Source of the DNA: Acanthaster planci
Taxonomy: Eukaryota
Length of the DNA stretch: 64,000 nucleotides
Assembly: GCF_001949145.1 (NCBI RefSeq)
Contig: NW_019091359.1
Location: 827,838-891,837, forward strand
Direction: 5' to 3'
Position numbers and translations under genes: made by a program. The first letter of the stretch is position 1. Each line of letters starts with the position of its first letter. Shown one piece after another: positions 26,553 to 40,700 of this stretch. The notes below the pieces were generated by a model, which worked only from the letters and a program-made list of their open reading frames with translations, was not told the DNA's origin and ran no database searches.

Positions 26553-28709
26553 AAAATCAGGTTAACTGAGACGCAAACGGCGCTTTTTGAAAGTCTGTAC
26601 ACAAATTCATTGGTACTACCCCTTGAAGCCACACAAAGTAAAGCCACCGTGCAACTTTTCCAGAAATGCATATGATCTTGATAATAGAATCTGGTACAGA
26701 AAATATCCAACTGGATAACATATCCCACAAAATACATACGAAAAGGTTAATATAAATTTATCAGCAAAATATTTCAAAGTCAAGGTTTGGGAAAACTCCA
26801 CCAATGATGGGTAAACTTTATGAATACATTTTATAAAGTTGTGTAAAGTGATGCAATTTTCTTTGCAAATAAAAAAAAAATGAAGTAAAGTTTTTCTTTC
26901 CATTTTCTAAACAACTGTATACATTAAATGCATTGGAACATAAAAGTTAAGCAATTCATTGTATCAACCATAGTTACCTTATTATAAAATTAAATTGACA
27001 TTTGACTTGCCCTCCGCCCAAACCGCATAGAAATTTTGTAAAGATTCAAGTAGCCCGTTCAGGCATCTGCACTCGTAAGCAGGTCGTGGGTTCATGCATG
27101 TATTTCACCCGAGTTAACTTGTATATTTTTTTGGCGTTGTTGAAGAAACCACCTTTTGATCATCACTCACGGATTGCTTTTTATCGCTGTCATGGCTGAA
27201 ACTGAATTTAGAATTTCCCCAAACCAAAAATGTGGACCTTTCTAGAAATGGATAAATACTGGCCTACAGTGCCCACTCATGGACCCACTCAAGGACCCAC
27301 TCTGCATTGATAAGATAGCTTCAGACTCCAATCTCAGAATGGAAGTCAATCCTGACCTAAACCAATATAAATGAACAGCGGATGCTGTCCTATCCCTACC
27401 CTACAACCGCACCCCACAAACAAATCATTCAAAACCCCTGACATCTCAGGAAGAGAGAAATCCAACTTGTTAGTAAACGCAAATGCTCTGGTGAACGGAG
27501 CCATCAGATGACAAGTATTAAGAAAATAATATCATTAGTAATGCTGAGTAAGATCTAGAAAGCCAGATACTTTGGCAATACCAGTAAGAAAATAAAAATT
27601 AAAATATAACCCCACCGATGTAATATGATAGTAAACTTCATAATATCATGCAGAAAAAAAAAAAGAATCTTACATAATTGTAAAGATGAAACAATTTTCT
27701 TTTTGCAGTATCGGCAAAAATGTTGATTAAAAAAAAGAAAGTAAATGTTTTCTTCCATTTTTAAATCTAAATGTATAAATAAATTGCACTGCAATGCATG
27801 CGGTGATTACTCTGTTACCCATCATTAAAATAGGACCAATGCCTGGCCCTTCGCTTGTCAACATTTCATAAGGATTTCTTGAAAAGATTGGAGTGGTCAT
27901 TAAAGACATCTACACTAGTCAGCAAGAAGTCAAACTTGTCAAGCTTTTAAATTTGGAACAGAAAAAGTTTGAAAAGCTGAGTGGATCGTATTTAATGCTG
28001 TTATGGCTGAAACTGAATAAAGGAAAAATTGACCTTTCTGAAGTAAAAAAAAAAACACTGCCCTGTAATGCGCATGGAGGTCCGTGCAAGTGGTAAGACA
28101 GTTTCAAAGTCTTGGTAAGTCAAATGCTGACCAATGTAGAAAAATAAATGACAAGTGCAGTCTCATCCCAGTCCCATCATCTCCCCAAATAAACAATAAA
28201 AAACCCACAAATATCAAGAGAGAAATCCAACATATATTGGAAAACACAAAAGCCCTGCTGAAACCTGTCAGAATCGTCGAATGGCAGAGTCAAAATATAA
28301 TCATTATTCTCCTTAATGCCAAGTAATATTGGCAAGCAATCACTGGGAGTAAATAAAAAGCACACATACACACTGTATTGCACAGCTGGCAAAATGACTT
28401 TACCCTCTATAAAAGCCATACATGAATACACTTCTTGGGAAACCAAACAAACTCTCATCTAAATGCCTTGGCTGTGTCACCAACTTGTTGGCTCTCCCCC
28501 CCCCCCCGGTTCTGGTAAGTTTCAGTGATCCGACAGAGACCTTTGGTCTCGTTACATCTTTGATCTTTGGAACCTCAAGTATTTTCACTCTATTAGAAAC
28601 GGAATAACGAACCCACTTCACCTAAGCAGCTTACAGATGAGAATGAAAAGACTTGAAGAATCGGCGGCGCTAATATTGCGAAATCCTCTCAATGCAAGCA
28701 GGGTGCAAT

Positions 28710-28753
28710 TTACTTCAGCTTGAGAATTCCGTCCATCAGTCGGTTCAGCTCAC
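28710..28753 (-). CDS. PAH: PAH-like last coding exon, tetramerisation helix ([14 protein letters not shown])
   Basis: 44 coding nt including TAA, same as PAH exon 13 (SEIGILCSALQKIK*); acceptor CATTCCCAAG; phase compatible. Confidence 0.85.
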
Positions 28754-31700
28754 CTTGGGAATGAATGGGACAGAAGAAAAAATAAAGTTAGTGAAATGTA
28801 CAGTCGACTCGGACCGGGGGGGGGGTGTCATCCATTTACAAAAAATCCACGTCGTGTTCACATTAAACAATGCCGATATTAAAAAAAATAGCACCTGCGG
28901 TAATTTCAGGCAGAATAAGCAATCCACGTGGAAACAAGAGATGGCGTGATGCACATTAACGCTAACGGCCCTTTAGTTGGAACTGACCATGTGCAGGTGC
29001 ATGGGTGGGGCACACGCTGAGCTGGCATGACCAATTCCTCTTGGAATGTGTGATTTTCGCTTGTGTGCCAAGTGCCCAGATGAAACGATTCCCATCTATC
29101 TCTTGTTTGCCACTGAGGGGTTGCTTCAACGCGAAGACGATGATCAAGCGTTACAAGTGCAGATGGGATCAGGTTCATTTTTATTATCAAAGTGCATATG
29201 CTGGAATTTGGAGGATTCAGGTTACTCCCAAACGAAAAAGTAGAGGAAAGGTGTGATGCAAAGCTTGATGCGAGAGGTTGACGCTTCGTAGAACTTCTTT
29301 GCAAACTACAATGAGAAAATTGTTGTGGTAATTCAACTACTAGGTATTTGCAGGTACAGTGGAATGCCGCTTTACCAAACACCACTATTCCGAACATTTG
29401 GCAGTACTGAACATCGTCCTTGGCTCCCAATATTTTGTGCAGAGAACCTACCGAACACTATGCAGTTGCCGTCTGTAATTCCCGAACGTTAATTTGATAA
29501 AACAGTCGGTGTTTTCTATGTTGGAAAGTGACAAGTGGCCATTATTTCCCCAAGGATTAGAAGGGAAAGCCACTAGTTGTCAACGGTATTGAATGGACAC
29601 TGGTTTTGCGACCCCGCATGATTGGGTGCGGAAGAAAACCGCACGTGCACCATGGCATTGCACTAACAATAGTCTAAAGAGGGCGCCGCTGATACACAAA
29701 TCAATCAAGATTCGCCACAGTATGCATCAGAGATCGATCCTGAATAAACTCGACATCAATTTTGTAACTCAAAATTTAATAAACAACAAAAATAATTAAC
29801 AGATACATTTCTAGAAACCTTAAACGTGAATGCAACGTCAAAAAATCACGAAAACAGTGAGCCACAGTATCACAAGAGGGCGCACTTCAGTCAGACAAGG
29901 GAGGGTGCTATTCCACATGGCAACGAAACGGTAGGCAGTTAATTTCGCTATACCAAACAACCGCTGTACCAAACATTTAGCAGACCCCGTCGTGTTCGTT
30001 ATAGCGGCGTTCCATTGTATCAGCAAAATGGAAAGAGAAAACATTTGTTTCAGCTTCTACATGTTCTTGTAGAGAACTGTTCTGTGTCTTACCGTTCAGC
30101 TGCTCAGCCACTTTCAGTAATTTCTCCTTACTGTCCAGCACCTCGATGGACTGTGTGTAGGGGTTGTACCGCACTGTGAACGGACGCGGAATGGTTGCAG
30201 CAAAGGCTCTGAAGGAGAATTTGAAAATGATCACCCAAGCAGCAATCAAGCAGTCTTTTGACCATCCCACATCCTTCAATCTCTGCCGCAAGGTGTTTGA
30301 AAGATTACACAGGACTGAGCAAGGCACAGCCAGTTAATATCAACAACAAAGCATGTGTCCTTTGCCATTTTGGGGGGTTATTATGTTTAATTGGTTTTAT
30401 TGGGAGTCACGTTGGCGTAGTGTTTCTTTCCTCGCCTTGCACCTCTGCGGGCCAGGGTTCAACCTAAGTCTGTGGGTTTTCTCCGAAATACTTATCCGGG
30501 GGTTTCCTCCCGTCTCCAAAACTGAACATGTCTTCACTGTCTTCTTCACTCATTATCATCCTGTAATTGGCGCTAAATGGGCTATTGGATAATCAGATAT
30601 ATAAATAATATAAATACAGACTTGATTTGGAGGGGAACGGAAATGAAGGCTAGGACCCACACAATGGTGAAGAGGAACAAGTGGATAACAGGTCAATGTA
30701 CGCTTACCTTCCCAATCCAGCGCCCTGTATAATACATGCACAAAACCAATCATACGACCATCTTGTGTAATTCAGCACAGACTGACCTGATTTTCTGCAA
30801 AGCATCGGAGAAGCTTTCGGCCAGAAAGTAGGTGGTCTGAAACCCTTCTACGGGGTACGACTCGGTGATAGCTGTGCTGGTGTCAAACGGTTTGACCTTG
30901 GGCTCGTCTGTCAGGAAATACTGGCGATAAGAAAGCGATTGGGAGTCGCTTTCAACTGAGGTATATTCATTGTCAGGCTACCAGAAACCTGACTGGTCAA
31001 ATCATAAAGATGCGAGGACTGTTGCTAGGGGGAGGGGCATCTCAAGGATGCACTACCCCTTTGTCATTTTCTTTGGCAAAATCTTCCTTCTTGTAAACAG
31101 CAGGCTATCACATAGTGCCTCCCTGTGTTTTATTTCCTTTTGCCCTCTTTCAAATCTTCAGCGGTTGGAAAAATATTTTTGGAATATCTTTTTCTTTCCA
31201 TGTCCACCAATAATTTGTGATTAGCTACTCAAACTGATCTGATTACCCGTATGCACAATGAACATGGAATATACTGCCAATCTAAAGCCTATTTAGACTA
31301 AGGCCAGATTCTTCAATGAAAAAGAAAATGTCGGCACTGATGCAAAACTGGGCAAGAGCGAACACATTTAAACTTCATTTTGCATCAAACGTTATGAGGC
31401 AATTTCAGTTGCTTTGCTCTGCATTCAAATTTGCATCGAGTATGAACCAGCCTTTAAGCACTACAAATTTGATGATTCTTATGTTAGGGGTTTTCTTACT
31501 CAACTTTTATCTCGAGGACCAGGTTTGAACCCCACCCAGGACAAAATGTAAATTGGGTTTTCAGTTTCGGTCTGATTCTATGAATTTTGCCCAGATTTTT
31601 CAGGGGTTTTCCTCCAATTTCTACAAGAACAATTGCCTCTTGTTGTCTCCTCTCGACAGATTTCTTCAGGCTTGTAAGCTCTAGTGCCTGGCGAACTATT

Positions 31701-34700
31701 GAGGAATCCTCACCTGAATCTCAGCGACTGAGGACAACAGGCCAGCACCGTAGGCCTTCCTGCCGGTGGATTCTTTGCAGACACCAAACTCAACAGTGAA
31801 CCAGTAAACCTGAACCAAAATGTCCGGTGATATCGAGGATAAAGAAACCCTCTGAAAGTATGAGAATCGCGCAATCTACCTGTAAAGACATTTTGTGTGT
31901 TCATACCCTAAGACCAATGTATGAAAGTAAAAATGACCTGTTTTTTCACCCTTGATCTGATGATAGACCAAAACATCCGAGTAAAGATTTGAAAGGCTCT
32001 GACAGGGTAATGCCTCTGGAAGCTTTTGGTCCATGGAAACCAATGGTTTTTCTTGTGAGAAAGTCAGTTCAGAGTCACACAGTGGAAGAATAAGAGTCAT
32101 CTTTATTTATATCATTCCCTTTGGCTCCTGAATTTTACGTATACTTTTGCCAAATGTTTGCTGCATACTTTTATTTCACAAATAATACCGACACACGGTC
32201 AGGGCGTAATGACAACTTTCTTTTCCTTGAAAGAATAATAAAAATTTATATTACCGCTAATGGGTCATTAGGGAGACATTCCCATAAAAACGTGCACAAA
32301 ATTTGTCCAACTTTACTGTCTCATAATTCAATATTCCCTAATCTGGTCTGAACCAAACTTTGCATGTTTTCATTTTAGACCCTAATCTATCATCTCTCAA
32401 AATTTGAACGGTAAAATTCGGCCTCCTTCTGGTAGTTTGAAAATAGGGAGACACTGAAATGTCTCCCTAAAAGCCACTGTCTCCCTAATGCTGAAAAATT
32501 TACCACAAAATATTTCCCAAATGATCTATTTGTATATATGACTTCATACTACTAGTCACATAACTTGTACAATGATTGAAATGCAGAGGGCTTACCGACG
32601 CTAACTTCTCAATGTATTCATCGGGAGCACCAAGTGAGGCAAGACCAATCTCCTACAATGAACAAGCCAAATGAAGAAACCATACAAATCACCACAAATA
32701 AACTAACACCCTGACAAACTGACAAAACTTTTAAAAGGGACTGGCATTTTAAACGTGGCAGAGTCTTTCTTGAAAGACCAAAAAAAAAGAAGGAAAAACC
32801 TATTCAAACGAGTGGTACTATCAGCAAATTATGCATTCTTTCATTCATTCATTCGCTCAATTCCCAACATGACAAATTTCTGGTAAAAACATGAAGCAAT
32901 TTGAAAGGCTATTTTGTCGGTGTAACAAAGAATGTCACAGACGTCAACAAGGGTGGAGTAAGACACGTGTAGAGAACAGTACTGCGTGGCACCGGGACCA
33001 ACTGAGCTCAACGCACAGGGGACCGTGAAAGGTATGGAAAGGCAAAACATACTCCGGTATGAATTACTGCTCTGAAACTCATAGGCCAATGCGTTAAAAC
33101 ATGGCAAAACTGCTGTTGAGAAGAAACTCAAACGGCTTTGGACTGTTACTGAAGTTCAGCATCGGAAAAACAACAACCAACTTCTTGTAACAGTTCTCGC
33201 CTGTTTTTTGTCCACTTTTTTAGCTCTTTTTTTTGTTGGACTGACTCACCTGTGAAAACTGGGCAAACTCGGGGTTGGCCAACAGCGCGCAGTGTCCCAA
33301 CAGTTCATGGCAAAGGTCTCTGTAAGCAACCAACCAATGGAAGTACATCAAAGAATCGACACTCTAGAAAAATTGTATTCAGTATTACCCACCACAATTA
33401 ATCTGCCATGCTTATATTTTGTCTTGTTGGCGTCCATCTCTTTGATCTTCTTAGCTCTCGGTAATCTTTACTCTGAGTGAAATTTAGCTCGGTTGAAGGC
33501 GATACTGTAGTCTAATCCATCCCAGATTCCTCGCAAGTCTATTGCAAGCTGTAACATTGCTGGGATGTCGTATGCTATTAAAAAAATGTGCACACTGTTA
33601 CTTGTGACTGGTCATGTGAAACTGGTCACCAGTTGAGGGGAACACTAGCCTGTCCTTGACAAGAGAATGGGAAACGACAGAATTTTGTTGTTCAATGCTC
33701 ACGAGGAAACGTGCGACACCGCTGTGAGGAAGCACCGCTGTAAATCACGCACCTCAAATGTATGAACGGAAGGCTTACGGTTCAGGCGTGTAGAATGGGC
33801 TGGAGGGGTGACGCAGGTACTGAGTCGCTGGAAAAACATGGAAAGCCAGAGCGCTCAGGAAATCTCTAGCAGACAGCAGTGCCGAGACTGGCCGGAGCAC
33901 GAACCCTGTGCGTTCTGAATACAAATGCAGGGACAGATACTTAAACTGGTATCCAAATGATTGAAGAGATGAGAAAGTCAACCAGCCAAAAAGCATACAA
34001 AACTTGAGGTTGATAAGGCCAGCCTTTTTTGAGTTACATGTATATATGACGGCAAGCTATTTTTGTTTGAATTATGGACGGACCTTTGACATATGAGACC
34101 TCAAAATTATAAACATCTGTAACACGTCACAATCAACCCAAATAAAATTACAAGTACATGAAGTTGACATGCGATACTTTGGGAAAACTGATGGCTTGTT
34201 CACATGCACACACAAATTTTCATGTCTGTGTTGGAGAGTACACAACTCCTCAACAACAGTTATTGTGGGGGCCAAAAGCATTGTGGGAACATTTGACATT
34301 CCTCGTATGAACGAAATTTTCCAAACCGAACCCCTATCTACAATGCCTCTCCAGCCTGAGTACAGGGACACTCGAAGGACAAGAAAGAAACAATTTGCCC
34401 TCCAGGTTAACCAGCATGGCAAAAAAACGAGAACGCCACATGTTCCGGTTGGAATCTCTGCTATGTTTGCCAATGAAATGCTCCAAATGGACAGACAAAC
34501 TTCCTCGTTTCAAAAGAGTCCACGACACATTGTCAACAGCAGGAGCAAAGGGAAGACACTCAATGCGCTTGGACTTACTTTTCACAAACTGGGAAACATC
34601 TTCCATCTGGGGTATGTGGTCTTCACTAATGTTGCATTCCTGCAAAGGTAGATACACCAACACACTAGTACATTGGGCCGTTTAGTCCTCATATTTTCAA

Positions 34701-37700
34701 TGTAACTACTTGCAGCAAAAAGTACAGAAGTTCCATGCAAAATATGTATTCTGCAGCATTTCTGGATGTCAACGTATCCGCAACGCAAAACTTGCTGCTG
34801 CTCGTCTCTACCAAACTTAGATCCTCTACCACATGAATCACACTACTGCTGTGGTGATACCACTGTGAACATTTCATCCCTTACATTCTCATTCAAGTAC
34901 TGCCTTGCTGTGAAATTAGTCCCTCAGGGTTGATTCAAATATGTTTACCCACATCCCTTTGGACTTATCCTGGGAGGGACTCTTCAGGGATTTTTGATGA
35001 CACCGCTAGCAGAAGAAGATTAGGTTGCAGGCCTTTTTCACAGAGTTCTAAACATTTAACACAACCATGCTGGCAAGAGTTGAAGAAGTAACCAGAATTT
35101 CACTGATTACTGAAGGATGATTCTAAAAACCATTAATACAGACATCCTTCTCAATATGTTGAACACATCCTGAAACTGATGTTCAACTGTAAATCCAGGG
35201 AAAAAGTAGTACTCATTTGTAAAGGGATCAAGATGTTCACAGAATACAGAGGGCAAACAAACAATGAGCAGCTCCTCAGACTCAGAGACAGCGAGAGTTA
35301 AAATGGAACAGGTTAGCGACACAACTGGCCCTCAAACTCTGGGAAACTTAGACTCTGCAAAGCCTGTCGAAAATGCAGCCGCCCCACCTTGACGAGATCT
35401 GGGAAGATCTCGTTAAACTCCTTGCAGGCGTTGGTCGGGTAGAGGATCTTCAGTTTGCTGTAGATAGCGCCAAACGTCTTGATCTGGCTTTCAGTGTATT
35501 CAATGACGGGGATTGGGGTGCCACTGGGGAAGGGGTAAATATTAGGGCAAAAGCAAACTCAGATAATGTTGGGAAATAACATCAAAATCTAAAACTATCA
35601 ATAATATATTAATTCATCAACAAATGGAGACTGATGAATCAACATTGATTGCTATGAAAATATTTACACAGATGCACAGTCTTAAAATCTCTCAGATTCG
35701 TCAAAATCCAAAGAGCATTTTCAGGGTATATTCAGCAGAATCAAGGAAATGGAGCCCAGTAACCCATAACGGGTCGTTCATATGCCATTAACTTCCTGTG
35801 CACTGGCTGAGGATTTTGGTTTCGGACACGTTATCGAGATGCCTTGGAAGTTAGGGTTAAACGTTCAACGGAGAAAAGCAGTGTCGGATCAATATTAGCC
35901 AATAACAACTTGTACTACTTGGCTGGTATATATTGGTTAATAATTCCATCTAAAGCAGCAATCAAATTCTGTCATGCACATTTTTATGGGGTTTCGTGTC
36001 AGTCAGCCAAAAATCACAAACACGGACTGTTTAAGCAGTTACAGACATTCAACAGGCAAATCAGTGAAGGTGGGTACTTTTGACAGGTGTGTGCTTACAT
36101 AGTGTAGTTGTGAGCAATGTTCCAACACATCTTGCGGAGAGCTTGGTACTCAGGATCCTTAGCACCCTGATGGGAGTGGAAGTTCAAACCAAGCCATTAC
36201 AATCCCGCCACAAAATAGTTTATAGAAGATGTGTTCTAAGTTGGAAACACAGACTGCAGCTGGTGCAAATCTGATCTCACTTGATGAAACAATCAGCGTT
36301 GTAGCTGAGTCCCGTCACAAGTCCCTGTAAGTCCATCACATGTCATTCAGTCTTAAGCCCATTCACAAGCTATTCAAGTGAGCCGTGACAAAAGCATTCT
36401 CTGGTCATTGTCCACCCTGTTACTTATGACTGGCCTTGTGAAGAGACTGGAGAAAGGACTTGTGATAGACTCAAATACAACACTGAAAATAATATACACT
36501 GGGTCACAGTTCCAGCCTTGTTCTGATCCAGCCCTATTTTAAACTGGTTTCCGTTCCCCCCAAAATAAATTAGGACTGGTAGCTAGTTCTAGTGCAAGTG
36601 CAATGCTTCTGATTGGCCCTTGTGTGGATGCATTATAAACACGCTTGAACTGTCAACTTTATAGGAATATTTACACAAGCGGTGTGCTAGCTGTTGATAA
36701 AGTCAGCAACCTGCATGCCTTCGTAAGAAATGTGTCCACTGCCACAGAGCTGGACACCACACTTTATGAACATGACACAGACAAAATCTTTACTTCCAAA
36801 TGTGATTTTATTGGAAGCTGTCAAAAAATGTGCTTAAAGCAAAGACCAGTTAATACCCCCAACAAAATCCGTTAACAAATTGAATGTCGAAGACACCGGC
36901 GGGTGTAGAAGGTGTAGAAGGGAATAGGCAACTCACCGGGTGAGATGGTTCTAGTTCAGAATACAGCGGCCGAGTTAGGCATGGATTCATCTCCTCCAGA
37001 GTTCTGGGGAACCAGACTGCAGCATAAAACCAAGAAGTCAGGTCTCAACCAGGGCAAGGAAATTGGCTTACTTCCATTTTACGACAATATAAGTGTACGT
37101 TCAATTCGGGTTAAAAATGTACCAAAAGCCAAGACTTGTGGCCCAAATATTCACTAATTCAATCAAAAGTATTTTACTAGAATAATATCCAAATATTCGA
37201 TCGATTATTGAATATTGGAATATCATTTTATAAATTTGAATATTGGAATGCAGAATTTATGAAAAGGAACAGGGAATTTTTTAAATGAGAAAAATTGCAC
37301 TACGGAGACTTGTTTTAAGCAGATTCAAATTAAAAGTGATAGAAATCTTACAATGAATCAAAAAGCAAATTATTCATGACACAATTTAGAAATTTTCAAC
37401 AGGGCAAGAAGTATTGTTCGTCTTAAATCTTGCTAAATCGTAGCTGGAGATACTCCTAGATGTGAGATGCTATTATTATAATATACAATTGTATCCGTTA
37501 TTGCAACTGAGTTTGTATATGGTTTGTTCATCAACAATCTGCCGGCTGGTACGACCAAATTTTCGGATGTTCGATCGAATTGAAGGTCGAATATTCGACT
37601 AGTGAATTATTTGACTTGACTCAGCCCTACATGTACCCCCAAAACTAAAAAAAAAAAATAGAAAATAAAAAGTTAAAAATCCATTCTTTCGCAGTTGGAA

Positions 37701-40700
37701 TTGAATTTTGTTTATCTGATAATATTTCAGTGTGAGTTAAGGTCATGTAAAAGAACTTTCTTGTAAAGGCATCATAAGTCAATTATGAAGCATCTAGTCC
37801 AAAGTCATATCACAGACTACTTAAATGAAGCACATAAGTTCATTCCCTGTTTTAATCAAGGTGTGATTTGCAATACGATCTGTCATTTACTCGTGACTGA
37901 ACCTGTGATGGACTTGACCAGGTGTCCATGAATTTGAGAGCAGGGCCAATCAGACTAAAAAGTTTAAATTAGAGCAAATTCAGAAGCTCTGAGGTCAGTG
38001 TATGTCCTCAAGCACTGTGCGTGTGTAGCATGAGGTCTGGTCTGTGCTATGTAGAACCAGCTTAGTACAAGTCGGAGCAAGCTCAAAAGCTCTGAGGTTA
38101 CCACACGTCCTCACATACAAATACACTACAACGTCAGGTCTCCAAAAGGTAGAACCAGCAAAGGGCAAACCAGAGCAAGCTCAGAATCTCTGGGGTTATT
38201 GCATGTCCTCATATACATGCAGAATACAATTACACAAGGTTGTGTTAGTGAAAGGCAATACTAGCAAAGTGCCTTACCTGTGTCATTTTCATTTCCTTTC
38301 ACAACCTCCAGTGATTTCAAGCAATTTGAGCAATTTAAGACTCTCTGAGGTCAATGCATGTCCTCACACACACTGATAAAGTCAGGTCTATGGTACATCC
38401 TTCTACAGCCTGGACATATTCCTTACCTGTGTCATTCTCACTTCCCTTAACAACTTCCAGTGATTTCAAACAATTTAAGCAATTTAAGACTCTCCGAGGT
38501 CAATTTATGTCCTCACACACACTGATAAAGTCAGGTCTATGGTACATCCTTCTAAAGCCTGCACACATTCCTTACCTGTATCATTCTCACCTCCCTCCAC
38601 AACCTCCAGTGATTTCACACATTCCTTCAGCAGCTCTAAGGTGTCCATCACCCTGGCCTCACTAGCCTTGTCACTCTCCAGGACGGCCAGGAACTCCTTA
38701 GCTTCAGGGTCGGACAAGGAGGAGCGGGATTCGATGTGGTGCAGAGCGACATTCTGCTTCTGCAAAAAATTGGCGAGGGGATTGTTTGAGGACCAGGGTC
38801 ATAAGGTAGGGGGTTTGCAGAGACACCATGTGGATTATCTCTTTTGTGAGTATGTGTGCAGGTCTGAAAAGAACCGGTACTCTGTATTTCCGACAGTGAG
38901 TGCTCTGTCCATCACAAAGGTCATATTTCTGAAGCTACTAACCTTAGAAAAAAACCTGAGCAGAAATCAGCTGAAAAGTAATCGCAAACGATGCACATCG
39001 CATGACACTAAAGCAAATTTTCCTGGTTGGGGCAAAGGGAATTACGTCATACCCACACTGCCTATTCTCCAGACCAAATACTTGAATGCTTGTTAGATTA
39101 CTGATAGGATGAGGACCTTCAAATTCCAATCAAGATTATTCCATGCTAAAGGAAGACAGGTCTTCCTTTGGCATCACTAATATACCAGTGTGTGATCTCC
39201 GCGGTGCGGAGCCAGAGGAAATCAATACCGAATTCTGCGATATCACAAAGGAAAAACAGGAGGGGAAACGCTACCAAATGTTACTTTCAAAGTGAGTTTA
39301 ACGGTGAAAATGAGTCGTCATTCCTAATTTGGGTTCATATTTATTTAATTAATTGTGCAGAATTGATCAAAACATTCGTTTTATTTATTTATATCTTTTT
39401 TACGAGAATTGCATTTTCCGCTTTCTACGCCCAAATCTGCGATTTTTGCAGATTTTCCGCAAAGCAGAAAATTCTTGACTTTAATTTATTGGACCAACCT
39501 TAAGCTCAGCTTACCCAATGAGAAACACCATTGACAGGGGGCGAGGAGGAGGCATGCTCCAACGAGATTTGTCTAGGACTGTAGCTTCAAAAGACACTAG
39601 CCTGGAAAGAAAGGACCCCACCTACCTCCAGTATGCACACAACTTGGGAAAGCCCCTTGAGAGTGTTGTCCAGGCTAAAAATGATTGTGGAGGGTGCTGG
39701 CTCTTCTTTAGATTTCGTCTTGGAAGCGTTGTATGACTGCGAGGACAAGCATGAGGAAATACAAAAAATTCCTTAGATCAGAGGTCACACTGGAATGCAG
39801 GCACGCAGACTGGAAACCTGCCCTCGATTTTGTCACCACATCCTGCATACATGTATAAGGACAGCCAACGGCCTCAAAGATTCCCAGATACTGGTTGTTT
39901 ATGCTTTGCTAAGATCTAGCTTATAGTCCAATTGGCTTACGTCTAAAGTACATATTCATGCATTTGTGAATATTTCTATTCATAAGGCTGACTCTGTGTG
40001 TCTGGGGTAATGCAGCACAGGTTGAACATGCTCTAAAACCCTGTACCTTAGTGAGCAAGCTGTGAGGCTGTGACTAGACTTTGTTATTGCCTGCAAGTCT
40101 ATGGCACTCACGGACCACTTTCAATCCTTCAGTAGTTAAGTGCATTCAGATAGAACTCCACACAGCTCAATTGAGAACTGCTGGGTCTGACCCAACTTTC
40201 ATGGCTGCAACCTCGTATACTGTACAGACCTGCATGGGCAATTCGCATCAACAGGGACCCATTCTGTTCCAGTGATTCTCACCTCCATTTTCTGGCGGAG
40301 TTCCTCTCCCCAGTCACTCTGAGGACAAAAGCAAAGATCATGCCATAATAACACAAGTCCAGCCTTAGGTGCCATGTGTACAGTTTTTGTCACTCTGATG
40401 GGAGGCATGCATTATCCTCTGGCCACCTCAAAAATGGATAAAATAACAACTCAAGTTCTGCTGTCTACCTTGAATTTCAGATGATAACCTTTATGTTAGC
40501 ACAGCAAAAAAACAATGTCACAAAAGTGTCTTTGAGGAAGAATTTTTAGTCCCAGGGAAATATCTCATTATTGTTTTCCTGCCGTAGTTAACAGCACAAA
40601 ACAATTCCATATTTGGGTAGTATATTTACATGGTGACATGAAGGGTCTGATAACAGACTTGCCTGTAATGCTAAGTTATTTAAAGATGTGAACTTTGACC

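Noticed and set aside
29220..29740. Alternative last-exon candidates for the PAH-like gene (acceptors near 29306 and 29740)
   Set aside because: Their peptides do not resemble the tetramerisation helix; 28710-28753 fits in length, phase and pattern.
37971..38620. CRISPR-like repeat/spacer pattern
   Set aside because: Whole units are homologous with no unique spacers, the context is a eukaryotic intron and there are no cas genes.
38539..39096. Long plus-strand ORFs (185 aa here; 160 aa at 34169-34651)
   Set aside because: They overlap real minus-strand exons and repeats in antisense and have no recognisable protein features.
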